Assembly: GCA_964016885.1 (NCBI GenBank)
Contig: CAXHJY010001345.1
Span: 1 to 34,537 of the forward strand
Source: Eledone cirrhosa
Taxonomy: Eukaryota
DNA: 34,537 bases
Direction of reading: 5' to 3'
Shown here: in pieces, positions 11,688 to 25,374 of the stretch
Layout: each line of letters opens with the position of its first letter
How positions within the stretch are numbered: position 1 is the stretch's first letter
Made by a program: the position numbers and the translations under genes
Notes under the pieces: generated by a model
What the model was told of the DNA's origin: nothing
The model's input: only the letters and a program-made list of their open reading frames with translations
The model's database searches: none

Positions 11688-13784
11688 ATGGCTACCAAAA
11701 AGAAATTTCATACGTCACTCCCACTCATTCCGTCTTCTTCTTCCTCAATCATCACTACAGCAGAGAGAAGATTGTCTCTCTCCCTCCCTTCTTTAAATGT
11801 GTCTCTCTCCCTCCCTTCTCTTTCGCAAGCAACGAAAGAAAAGAAAAGTCTCGTGCAAAGCGTGCAAGGTTTCTCCACGACGACGACGACAGCGACGAAA
11901 CAGGTGTGCGGGAAATACGAAAACCCAGTTCATTCGTCTGACGTCAGGAATAATAGCAGTAGCAGCCGTAATAACAACAGCAACAGTGACAATGAAAACA
12001 ACAGTAGCAGCCGCAACAGCATCAACAGCAACATAAACAACAACAGCATTAGCAGCAGCAACACCAACAACAACCACAGCAACAGCGGCGGAGGCAGTAG
12101 TCGTAGTACCTGCAGCAACAACAAAAGTACCAGCAGCTCTGACGACAACAACAACAGCAGAGAAAAACCAATCTCATTTGCAGGTATTGCGAAAAACCTG
12201 GAAACAATCCTCATAACAAATGAGGAATTAGAGGAAGCGAAGAAGATGGTGACAAAGAACGGACACCGAGCAATCTGCAAGGCAGCGAAAAATTTTTTCG
12301 AAACCCAAGAGCACTGTACGGTCACGTACCGTACAGTAAGTACAAAATCCCGTAGGGTGGAAAGAGCCACAGAGGCCCAAATACAAAAAGCCTTGGGGTC
12401 TGTGTGGCAGAGGAAAACGCACATCACCCGAGGCAAAAAATACGCCACCGTAGACGTACTTTTTGCCACACCCCAGGAGGCAAAGGCCCAATCAGTAGTG
12501 ACCCTAAGGAGCGAGGAAATGGTGTTGGTGCCCTCCTACTGCGGGCAAAAAATTGTGAGGGTCAAACTGACCCACGTCCCCCCCGGAATGACCCCTTCTT
12601 GGCTGGCCGCGTCTGTCCTCGTCGGAATCGAGGACAAAACAACTGTACTGCAAGTACAGAAAAAAGTAAGAGAAGATTGGGTCGGCTCCTCCATTGAGAT
12701 GCTAATCCAAACCAACCAGGAGTGCATCGAAGCTATCCCGGATGTGATAGACTTCGATAACGGCACTCAACTGCCCATAAGTGTTGAGGGCAAACGCCCG
12801 AAATGCTTTCGCTGTGGATCGAAGACTCACCTCAGGGCCTTCTGCAACGAGAAGACCCTGAGAAAGGAGAAAACCCCCCTCCTCCCGAATCCGGTTCCAC
12901 GGCTACCAGCAACAGGACAAGCGGCAACCAGGAACGATAGGTCCGTGGCACCCATACCCACTCCACGGAAATCAAAGACAGCAGCAGCAGTGGAAATATT
13001 AACAACAACAACAGCAATACCAAATGCAGCTGCAACAGAGACTCCAGTGCAAACATCACCAACAACAACAAGTGAAAGAGTGGAGCTGGTACCCCTCCCC
13101 GACCTTACAGAATCAGACATGGAGTGTGAGGTGGGAGAGGGATGGCAAAAGGTCTCAAGAAGGCACAAACGCAGAAGCAGCGCATCGTCGCCTTTGAAAA
13201 GGGAGGAAAGAAATGAGAAAAGGGTAAAGTCTACTGCAAAGAGACCCACAGCAGCAACACCACCAACACCATCACCACCCACACCAGCACCACCATCACC
13301 ACCGGCGACAACCCCACCGCCAACAACACCTTCAACACCACCACCACAAGCACCAACATCGCAAACACAACAACAAAACACACACACCCAGCAACAACGA
13401 CAAGAAAATAGCAGAACCACACCCCACCCCCAGAAAAACAAATGCACGGCAATAAACACACACAACAAGAAACTAATGACTTACATAATTGAACACACAG
13501 ACATTTCACAACAGGACTACATAATACCAGCACCAATCAAAACGCCAACTAACATAAGACTGCTAAAAATAGCACAGAAACAATACACAAACATTAAAAC
13601 GAAATTCCCCAACGCAGTTGGTGATTTCAGGGACCTAGGAGGAACCATTAATCGAAGAGTATATTCAGACATTCTCTTAGAAGAGCCGACGACCAGCCGA
13701 AGGGACGATTCAACGGTCCCTTCACCAGACGATCAAGTGAAAAGGGATGTAAAAACCATCCCTCCTCTACCAAAAATACGGTAA
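11688..13784 (+). CDS. ORF1 gag-like protein, copy 2 (698 aa from ATG, MATKKKFHTSL...)
   Basis: In-frame ATG at 11688 in the context AACATGG. N/S-rich N-terminus, CCHC knuckle, GWQKVSRRHKRR basic motif and P/T/Q-rich tail. Confidence 0.9.
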   Translation: MATKKKFHTSLPLIPSSSSSIITTAERRLSLSLPSLNVSLSLPSLSQATKEKKSLVQSVQGFSTTTTTATKQVCGKYENPVHSSDVRNNSSSSRNNNSNSDNENNSSSRNSINSNINNNSISSSNTNNNHSNSGGGSSRSTCSNNKSTSSSDDNNNSREKPISFAGIAKNLETILITNEELEEAKKMVTKNGHRAICKAAKNFFETQEHCTVTYRTVSTKSRRVERATEAQIQKALGSVWQRKTHITRGKKYATVDVLFATPQEAKAQSVVTLRSEEMVLVPSYCGQKIVRVKLTHVPPGMTPSWLAASVLVGIEDKTTVLQVQKKVREDWVGSSIEMLIQTNQECIEAIPDVIDFDNGTQLPISVEGKRPKCFRCGSKTHLRAFCNEKTLRKEKTPLLPNPVPRLPATGQAATRNDRSVAPIPTPRKSKTAAAVEILTTTTAIPNAAATETPVQTSPTTTSERVELVPLPDLTESDMECEVGEGWQKVSRRHKRRSSASSPLKREERNEKRVKSTAKRPTAATPPTPSPPTPAPPSPPATTPPPTTPSTPPPQAPTSQTQQQNTHTQQQRQENSRTTPHPQKNKCTAINTHNKKLMTYIIEHTDISQQDYIIPAPIKTPTNIRLLKIAQKQYTNIKTKFPNAVGDFRDLGGTINRRVYSDILLEEPTTSRRDDSTVPSPDDQVKRDVKTIPPLPKIR

Positions 13785-13819
13785 GTGGTCTTTCCCATCT
13801 TTTCCACTCTATTTTAAAC

Positions 13820-16800
13820 ATGACCTCACTCAGAATAGGCAGCATAAATGCGCGTGGCTTGGGGTCGTCATGGAAGCAGGGTCACCTGCTCAACGACCTC
13901 AGGTCACTAAACATAGATGTAGTGGCCATCAGCGAGACCAGAATCTCCGAAGCACGGGCCTTCGCACCGATCTTCGGCGGCTACGATGTGTACGCATCTC
14001 CCAGCCGTCCTGGATCGGGTGGAGGAGTTGCTGTGCTTTTTCGGAGAGGTTTGGATCTCGCCATACGGGCCATCTTCCTGGACCCAGAGGGTAAGCTGGT
14101 GGTGCTGGACGTGACCAGCGGAGACGGGCAAGCTTTCAGGCTAGTGGCCGTCTATGCCCCGACAGGAGCAGGGCGGCCTGATTTCTTCCGGCGTCTGGAG
14201 ACCTTTCTTGGAACGTCGCGCTCTTTAGTGTTAGTGGGCGACTGGAACGGGATCTTAGATGCACGCTGGGACTGTGTGGGATTAGCGGATAGGGGTGGAG
14301 GGTGCAAGAGCCTCACCAACCTGCTCAGGCGTTTTGAACTGTCTGACAGGTACCGATTGGATTTCCCGAATGTGCCAATGTGGACTTGGACAAACCGCAT
14401 AGGGTCATCCAGATCATATCTAGATAGAGTATTTTGTAGGGAAATAGATAGGTCTAGCATAGGCTGTCCACAATTCAAGATAGTCAGCTACACGGACCAC
14501 AAATTCGTGATCTGTGTGCTTGACTTAGATAGGCTTCATAGACGAGGACCCGGCTACTGGAAGCTAAACGCGTCCTTACCAGCGCGCAAGGCCTACAGAG
14601 ACCGGATTAGCGAACTAGTTAAGCGGGCGTTGACGGGGGCCATCGTCAACAACAAGTGGTGGTTTGCTCTGAAAAGAGCGATTAGAATAGAATCGATTAG
14701 GTTTAGTAAGGCTTTAGCAATAGAGAAAAATAGAGCAGAGGGAGAACTAGTTAGAAAATTAGACGAGGCGCTTAGCAAAGGCATTGCGACCGACGTGCTT
14801 GCGGCGAAATTGGCCCTTGACCAATTCTTCAATGCAAAGCACGAAGGCTGCGTTGTCAGAGCTAGGGTGCGTGCTCTCAGACACGAGGGGACGAAAGCCG
14901 TTCAATGGGCCCGAGTGGCGGAGGCGCGTCGTGGCAACAAAGCCACGATCCGGTCTTTGGTGGACCACGACGGGCGCATGCTACTCGATCCCGGGCAAAT
15001 GTGTGAAGCTTTTCAGCGACACTTCGCTCAGCTGTTCGGGGGCAGCGGGGGGCCGGGTAGAGGGATGGACTTTAGTGTCTACCTCGACGGACTGCCGCGG
15101 CTCTCGGCCACTGAGGCGAGGTGTTGCGAAAAGCCGATAACAGCCGCTGAAGTACGGGAGGCAATGACTGGCTGCACAAGGGGTAAATCGCCTGGTTTGG
15201 ATGGTCTGCCCTATGAACTTTACGTACAGATGCCAGACTTGTTCGGAGGCCTCTTGGCGGACGTCTACTGCAACTGGCAACAGAACGGGAGAATTCCCAG
15301 TTCTGTGAGCCGAGGAGCGGTGGCACTGCTGAGAAAGGATCCGAACAAGGGGGATAACATAGACAATTTCCGGCCCATAACTCTGCTAAACACAGAGTTT
15401 AAGATTTTGGCCAAGGTGCTAGCAAAGAGGTTGGCGCTTGTCGTTGGTGGTCTGGTGGGAGAGGCGCAGACATGCGCCATTCCCGACAGATCCATCCACG
15501 ACAACCTCCACCTCATGCGATACATCGTAGAGAGGGTAGCTAGGGAACCTGGCACGGGTGGGTCCTTGATCAATTTAGATCAGTCGAAAGCTTTCGATAG
15601 GGTCGACCATCGTTACCTAGCGGCAGTCCTGAGGGCGGCTGGCTTTGGGCCCGTCTTCAGAGGCTGGATCGCTGCCATGCACAGCGACATCTGCTCTGTG
15701 GTGAGAGTGAACGGTCACCTGTCGGAACCGTTCAACATCATGCGCTCGGTCCGCCAAGGATGTCCCCTCTCGTCCCTCTTGTACGTATTGACTCTCGAGC
15801 CATTACTGCACAAACTGGAGACGTTGAGGGGAGTCCCGCGCGAACTAGGATGCGGAAGATCCGTGTCAGCATATGCGGACGATGTCACCGTAGTGGTGTC
15901 GAACGCCAAACACATCGAGGCGATCGGCACTACACTAAGAGAATACGAAGCGGTGACAGGAGCAATGATCAACCAGGAAAAGTCAGTGGGCCTGCAGCTC
16001 GGCACCTGGAGAGGCAGGTCCATGCCGTCCAACAGCGTCGTCGGGCGCTGGACGGACGGACCGGTTAAATTGCTAGGGGTCTGGTTCGGTCCGGACCTCC
16101 AGACGGACAAAAACTGGGACGAGGTGACGAGCAGGGTGGCTTCTCTCACCCAGAAATGGGCGGAGAGGAAGCTATCCCTGAAAGGTCGAGCGGAGGTGGC
16201 TAACGCGTACATCGCGTCTGTCATCTGCTACCGCCTAACCGTCGTACCTTGTCCTAAGCCTCGCCTGACTGCGCTGGAGCGTTTGCTCTTTCGCTTTTTG
16301 TGGAAGGGACGTGCTCCGATGGTCAGGCGGTCCATCTGTTGTCAACACCCGCTACGTGGAGGGCTGGGCATGCCGTGGCTGATGATGCGCAGGCACGCGC
16401 TCAGGCTACGACATCTCCACCTCTTCCTCGACGGTGATCAGGTGTGGTCGCCGTTTGCTAGACGCGTTTTTCCCCAGCTCGTTTCCTTGACGGAGCTGCA
16501 GTCCTGGGTCAAGCGAAGACCGAGAGGGAGCGCCTGGAGACTGGAATGTCTTCAGGCGCTCACAGCCCTCGACCAATCGGGCAATGTGATCGGTGGAAAC
16601 TCCACCTCGGCGTTCTATAGAGGATTAGTGGAGGGGAAGAGCGACGACGTACTTGGGGAAACTCTAGGCGTCGACGAAAATCAACTAGCCAATCTCTTCG
16701 GAAGAACCTTCGGGCCAGGGCCTATGGACAACTTCCAGAAATCTCTGGCCTGGCAGTGCTACCGAGGAGCCTTGCCAGTTCGGGATAAACTCTACAGGCA

Positions 16801-17239
16801 TGGAGGTGCCGTCAGCCGGGCATGTCCGAGATGCGCGCAGGGCGACGAAACCGTCCTGCACGCACTCGTCCAGTGTCCGAAAATTGCTGACTTGTGGGTT
16901 TATGTCGAACACCTGCTGTCGCGTTTAGGACGGATCCAGCTATCATCTGAGTCTATCGTGAGGATTGCCCCGCCCTCCTCCTTTAGCCGGGAAGGGCAGG
17001 CAGTTTTTATCTGTCTGGTGGCCATGGCGAAAGAGATAGTATGGTGGACACGTTTGAAAGGGCTGAAGACGAGCACTTACCTCTTCGGTGATGCTCTGAT
17101 TGACTTTTTCAAATTTCATTTGAAAAGGAAAATCAGAGTAGAGAAGGAAGTGCTCTCTTCCCAGCATTTTGTTGAAAGATGGGTGAGAGAAGCAAGAATG
17201 GCCCGAGTGAATGGGCCGACTCTGAGTATATATCTGTAA
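13820..17239 (+). CDS. ORF2: AP-like endonuclease, reverse transcriptase and CCHC finger (1139 aa), copy 2
   Basis: Same motifs as copy 1. The only amino-acid difference I see is FLWKGR versus FLWMGR. Confidence 0.97.
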   Translation: MTSLRIGSINARGLGSSWKQGHLLNDLRSLNIDVVAISETRISEARAFAPIFGGYDVYASPSRPGSGGGVAVLFRRGLDLAIRAIFLDPEGKLVVLDVTSGDGQAFRLVAVYAPTGAGRPDFFRRLETFLGTSRSLVLVGDWNGILDARWDCVGLADRGGGCKSLTNLLRRFELSDRYRLDFPNVPMWTWTNRIGSSRSYLDRVFCREIDRSSIGCPQFKIVSYTDHKFVICVLDLDRLHRRGPGYWKLNASLPARKAYRDRISELVKRALTGAIVNNKWWFALKRAIRIESIRFSKALAIEKNRAEGELVRKLDEALSKGIATDVLAAKLALDQFFNAKHEGCVVRARVRALRHEGTKAVQWARVAEARRGNKATIRSLVDHDGRMLLDPGQMCEAFQRHFAQLFGGSGGPGRGMDFSVYLDGLPRLSATEARCCEKPITAAEVREAMTGCTRGKSPGLDGLPYELYVQMPDLFGGLLADVYCNWQQNGRIPSSVSRGAVALLRKDPNKGDNIDNFRPITLLNTEFKILAKVLAKRLALVVGGLVGEAQTCAIPDRSIHDNLHLMRYIVERVAREPGTGGSLINLDQSKAFDRVDHRYLAAVLRAAGFGPVFRGWIAAMHSDICSVVRVNGHLSEPFNIMRSVRQGCPLSSLLYVLTLEPLLHKLETLRGVPRELGCGRSVSAYADDVTVVVSNAKHIEAIGTTLREYEAVTGAMINQEKSVGLQLGTWRGRSMPSNSVVGRWTDGPVKLLGVWFGPDLQTDKNWDEVTSRVASLTQKWAERKLSLKGRAEVANAYIASVICYRLTVVPCPKPRLTALERLLFRFLWKGRAPMVRRSICCQHPLRGGLGMPWLMMRRHALRLRHLHLFLDGDQVWSPFARRVFPQLVSLTELQSWVKRRPRGSAWRLECLQALTALDQSGNVIGGNSTSAFYRGLVEGKSDDVLGETLGVDENQLANLFGRTFGPGPMDNFQKSLAWQCYRGALPVRDKLYRHGGAVSRACPRCAQGDETVLHALVQCPKIADLWVYVEHLLSRLGRIQLSSESIVRIAPPSSFSREGQAVFICLVAMAKEIVWWTRLKGLKTSTYLFGDALIDFFKFHLKRKIRVEKEVLSSQHFVERWVREARMARVNGPTLSIYL

Positions 17240-17500
17240 ACTAAAGGTGGAAAACTGGGAGAGGGCACTTGCCTTGGTGGTCAGGGTCATTGTGGCTTTT
17301 TACTGGGCTTTCTCCACAAATGTTCCTCCGAAGTCTCCCCCCTATTGGGGAATTTTTCATTGTTATTTTCATTGTTATTTTTGTTACATCCTCTATTTTT
17401 GTTTTTTTTACACGCAGAAATGCCCATTTGTACCGTCCTGCATTGTCCTGCACTGTCCTTAATGTCTACTTTATGTAAACCCTTGTGGTTAATAAAGAAA

Positions 17501-17589
<89 letters not shown>

Positions 17590-17613
17590 TTTTTTTTTTT
17601 TTTTTTTTTTTAT

Positions 17614-19035
<1,422 letters not shown>

Positions 19036-19624
19036 TATTTGGGGCCTTCTTTTCGTATTTATTTCAATTTTCCACGAACGCATCGTTCACACATTAATGC
19101 ACGAGCACAAAATGGATGACACCTTACAATTGCCCTCTCTAACAGCCATCCATCGACCCATCCAACCATCCAGCCAGCCTATCCCTCAGCCAATCAGTCA
19201 AGCCAGTCAGTCAGTCAGTTAGTTCGTTCAGGCAGTCAGATTATGCGCATGCGTTAAATAAAACGTCCAGAACGGTGTTAAAATGGACGACGTTGTCCGC
19301 ATCGTCTGCGTTCTGTGCGTCGTCTTCGATGTCTTCGTCGTCTGCTTTGACTTCATCTTGATGTCGGCTTTAACAGTCAGTTCAATGAAAAGGACCCCCC
19401 CCCCCTGCCTAATCACTTCTCGCATCTCTCTTCTCATCTATATCTCATCTTTTTCTTATCTCATGAATATTCAAATAAGCTTTACTTTTAAGAAAGAGTT
19501 GGTCGCTTAAGCTATTATTATCCACCTTAGAGCTGAGAGATTGTGAAACGGAAACACCGCCATGCGTATCACGTGATAAGTAAGGTTATTCTTTCCATAT
19601 TTTCTTTCCTTTGTCCCTTTTGTT

Positions 19625-21508
<1,884 letters not shown>

Positions 21509-21581
21509 CTACGAGGAATTGTAAAAGAGAGACACTTAAATTACTAATCCTTTTTTACACCCCCTCCTTCCCATCCTACAC

Positions 21582-21612
<31 letters not shown>

Positions 21613-21744
21613 CTACATTCACACACATACACACACACGCACAAACGCTTACACACACACACACACCTCGTTATCTTCTGTTTTTCCTCTATTTTAGGTT
21701 TAAAAGAAAATGTAAATCGCATTAGTGGGTAATCTAGTTGTAAT

Positions 21745-22078
21745 TGTGTGTATGTTGGTGGGTATGTGTGTGGGTATGTTTATGTATGTGTGTGTATGGG
21801 TATGTGTATGTATGTGTGTGTATGGGTATGTATGGGGTATGTGTGTATGTGTGGGCATGTATGTATGTGTGTATGTATGTATGTATGTATGTATGTGTGT
21901 ATGTATGGGTATGTATGTGTGTATATGGGTATGTGTGGGTATGTGTGTATGTGTGGGCATGTATGTATGTGTGTATGTATGTATATATGTATGTATGTAT
22001 ATATGTATATGTGTCTATGTATGGGTATGTATGTGTAATTTGGCATGTCTGTATGTATGTACATACATATGTATGTAT
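21745..22078. repeat. Compound (TATG)/(TGTG)/(TGGG) tetranucleotide-type repeat
   Basis: Direct inspection. Confidence 0.9.
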
Positions 22079-22094
22079 TTTAAAGAGCTAGAAA

Positions 22095-22350
22095 CATCTT
22101 CTTCTTCGCCGTCCACTTATTCCGGGAAAGGTGAGGGTGAGGGCGGGGAGTTGGCAGAGTCCTCAAACACTCCTTCCAGTTATAAGCAACGCTCTCCAAC
22201 TGATCCGACCGGATCCTCAAGAAGGACCAGCCAAGCTCAAGGACTTTATCCAACCATCTTACTCGGGGTCAACCTCTGGGTCCCCTATTGGTTGGTTTGC
22301 CCATAAAATCTGACCAGCGATTCTTTCCTGACACACACATGTCCTGGAAC
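22095..22350 (-). mobile_element. Degenerate 3' end of an RTE (Rex3/Expander-like) LINE with a (GAA)n tail
   Basis: The minus strand reads, with frameshifts and stops, QERIAGQILWA...RGPRG*PRVRWLDKVLELGWSFLRI. It ends in GAAGAAGAAGATG. Confidence 0.75.
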
Positions 22351-23994
22351 ATGTCCATAGTATCGGAGCTGTGATCTTTTAATTCAGAGAAGTAGCAGCT
22401 CTACCTGGAGTGACTCTGATCTCTGAGCTACACATTCTTTCAGAGACATTCTAACCACATGTCCATAGTATCGGAGCTGTGATCTTTTAATTCTGAGAAG
22501 TAGCAGCTCTACCTAGAGTGACTCTGATCTCTGAGCTACACATTCTTTCCTGAGACATTCTAACCAAATGTCCATAGTATCAGAGCTGTGATCTTTTAAT
22601 TCAGAGAAGTAGCAGCTCTACCTGGAGTGACTCTGATCTCTGAGCTACACATTCTTTCCTGAGACATTCTAACCACATATCAATAGTATCAGAGCTGTGA
22701 TATCTCAATTTAGAGAAGTAGCAGCTCTACCTGGAGTGACTCTGATCTCTGAGCTACACATTCTTTCCTGAGACATTCTAACCACATGTCCATAGTATCA
22801 GAGATGTGATCTTTTAATTCAGAGAAGTAGCAGCTCTACCTAGAGTGACTCTGATCTCTGAGCTACACATTCTTTCCCGAGACATTCTAACCACATATCC
22901 ATAGTATCAGAGCTGTGATCTTTTAATTCAGAGAAGTAGCAGCTCTACCTAGAGTGACTCTCTGTTCTCTGAGCTACACATTCTTTCCTGAGACATTCTA
23001 ACCACATGTCCATAGTATCAGAGCTGTGATCTTTTAATTCAGAGAAGTAGCAGCTCTACCTGGAGTGACTCTGATCTCTGAGCTACACATTCTTTCCTGA
23101 GACATTCTAACCACATGTCCATAGTATCAGAGCTGTGATCTTTTAATTCAGAGAAGTAGCAGCTCTACCTAGAGTGACTCTGATCTCTGAGCTACACATT
23201 CTTTCCTGAGACATTCTAACCAAATGTCCATAGTATCAGAGCTGTGATCTTTTAATTCAGAGAAGTAGCAGCTCTACCTGGAGTGACTCTGATCTCTGAG
23301 CTACACATTCTTTCCTGAGACATTCTAACCACATATCCATAGTATCTGAGCTGTGATATTTTAATTCAGAGAAGTAGCAGCTCTACCTGGAGTGACTCTG
23401 ATCTCTGAGCTACACATTCTTTCAGAGACATTCTAACCACATGTCCATAGTATCAGAGCTGTGATCTTTTAATTCAGAGAAGTAGCAGCTCTACCTGGAG
23501 TGACTCTCTGATCTCTGAGCTACACATTCTTTCCTGAGACATTCTAACCACATATCCATAGTATCAGAGCTGTGATCTTTCAATTCAGAGAAGTAGCAGC
23601 TCTACCTGGAGTGACTCTGATCTCTGAGCTACACATTCTTTCCTGAGACATTCTAACCACATATCCATAGTATCTGAGCTGTGATCTTTTAATTCAGAGA
23701 AGTAGCAGCTCTACCTGGAGTGATTCTCTGATCTCTGAACTACACATTCTTTCCTGAGACATTGTAACCACATATCCATAGTATCGGAGCTGTGATCTTT
23801 TAATTCTGAGAAGTAGCAGCTCTACCTAGAGTGACTCTCTGTTCTCTGAGCTACACATTCTTTCCTGAGACATTCTAACCAAATGTCCATAGTATCAGAG
23901 CTGTGATATCTCAATTTAGAGAAGTAGCAGCTCTACCTGGAGTGACTCTCTGATCTCTGAGCTACACATTCTTTCCTGAGACATTCTATCCACA
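22351..23994 (-). repeat. Tandem satellite of 15 x 108-111 bp units derived from RTE ORF sequence
   Basis: Unit starts are at about 22351, 22459, 22568, 22677, 22786, 22895, 23006, 23115, 23224, 23333, 23441, 23552, 23661, 23772 and 23883. A minus-strand composite of the unit variants translates as SSEIRESLQVELLLL*IKRSQLRYYGHVVRMSQER. Confidence 0.92.
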
Positions 23995-24047
23995 ATATAA
24001 ATACACACACACATTATATATATATAGATATAGTTTTAATATAGAAG

Positions 24048-24098
24048 AGCTTCTACAGGACTAGAACCGTTTCATTCGTGAGAAATCATCAGGAATCT
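24048..24098 (-). ncRNA. Type-I hammerhead with intact core and partly lost stem I
   Basis: Minus strand TTC-CTGATGA-TTTC(TCAC)GAAT-GAAA-CGG(TTCTAGTC)CTG-TA-GAAGCT, with a GUA site. The sister copy at 24385-24436 (-) has the full stem I AGCTTC/GAAGCT but a mutated core (CAGATGA). Confidence 0.7.
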
Positions 24099-24172
24099 GA
24101 CAGTCAAACCCGAAATAACTTACCTATATATATATAATATAAGATCAAAAGCTGGTTAAAAGAGTTCCTTGT

Positions 24173-24241
24173 ATTTTATTATGCGCATTTCAAAAACAAA
24201 TATCATCATGGGATGATACTTGTGCTCTCATCAGTTAAAAT
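24173..24241 (-). ncRNA. Type-I hammerhead with long stem II and palindromic stem III
   Basis: Minus strand ATTTTAA-CTGATGA-GAGC-ACAAGTATCATC(CCAT)GATGATATTTGT-TTTT-GAAA-TGCGCA-TA-ATAAAAT. Stem III is the palindrome ATGCGCAT and the site is AUA. Confidence 0.75.
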
Positions 24242-24265
24242 TGTGCTACAATAAAACTCACCTCC

Positions 24266-24303
<38 letters not shown>

Positions 24304-24504
24304 TTTTTCCGGGTTGAATCGGAGGTAACCACAGTAAGTAAGGTACTCAATACATAGCAGAGTATAAATGTTTTAATATAGAAGAGCTTCTACAGGACTA
24401 GAACTGTTTCATTCGTGAGAAATCATCTGGAAGCTTCCTCATGATTTCTCACGAATGAAACAGTAATATATTGTATATATATATATTAACTGTTGTGTAA
24501 CCAC

Positions 24505-24544
<40 letters not shown>

Positions 24545-24723
24545 ATTTTAAATAAATGGAAACTATATTTATAAAATCATATTTATTCTATTATATATAT
24601 TTCAAGGGTACCAAAGTGTTTGGTACCCTTGAAATATATATAATAAAATAAATATGATTTTATAAATATAGTTTCCATTTATTAATATATTGTATATATA
24701 TATATTAACTGTTGTGTGACCAC

Positions 24724-24769
<46 letters not shown>

Positions 24770-25324
24770 AATGAATAATAACAGTAGCGGAACTAGGCTG
24801 CAGTACCACCGTGGAAACACTTGTAAGCACACGGAATAAATTACCTTTTTATGATGTCTACCTGTTATTATTCATTCTTTATATACACTCCGGAATACTG
24901 AAGGATCAGGAACTAAGTTTCTTGAACAATTTTTCCATAACTCGTAGAGTAACCTCTTACCGTACGTCAACCATATCCAGTGTAGTAATTAACCATTACT
25001 ACATCATAAAATCATATTTATTCTATTATATATATTTCAAGGGTACCAAAGTGTTTGGTACCCTTGAAATATATATAATAAAATAAATATGATTTTATAA
25101 ATATAGTTTCCATTTATTTAATATCATTGAATATTATACTCCAGTTCTTTCGTTGCTACGGACACCGTGGCTGAATTACCGGTCGCTATCTTCAATTTGC
25201 AAAGCCCTTTAAACTGTATGTTATTACTCTAAGGTCCTATACCTTATTGAGTGCTTGGCTGCACTTCTGAATGCATTCGTCGGCTTAGCTGCGGCTCGAG
25301 CTTCGACTATGCTGTACTTCCATT

Positions 25325-25374
<50 letters not shown>

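Larger units (their letters stand above)
11475..17589 (+). mobile_element. Full-length Tx1/L1-clade non-LTR retrotransposon, copy 2, with both ORFs intact
   Basis: The same 5' end GAATGCCATGG starts directly after the copy-1 tail. AATAAA at 17491-17496 and an (ATT)29 tail at 17503-17589. Confidence 0.95.

Noticed and set aside
17588-17611. Poly-T run as the tail of a minus-strand retrocopy
   Set aside because: No matching element body follows in that orientation. It is more simply part of the RTE 3' UTR or a degenerate ATT tract.
22351-23994. CRISPR-like regular array
   Set aside because: The units are wholly repeated with no unique spacers, there are no cas genes, and the unit derives from RTE coding sequence.
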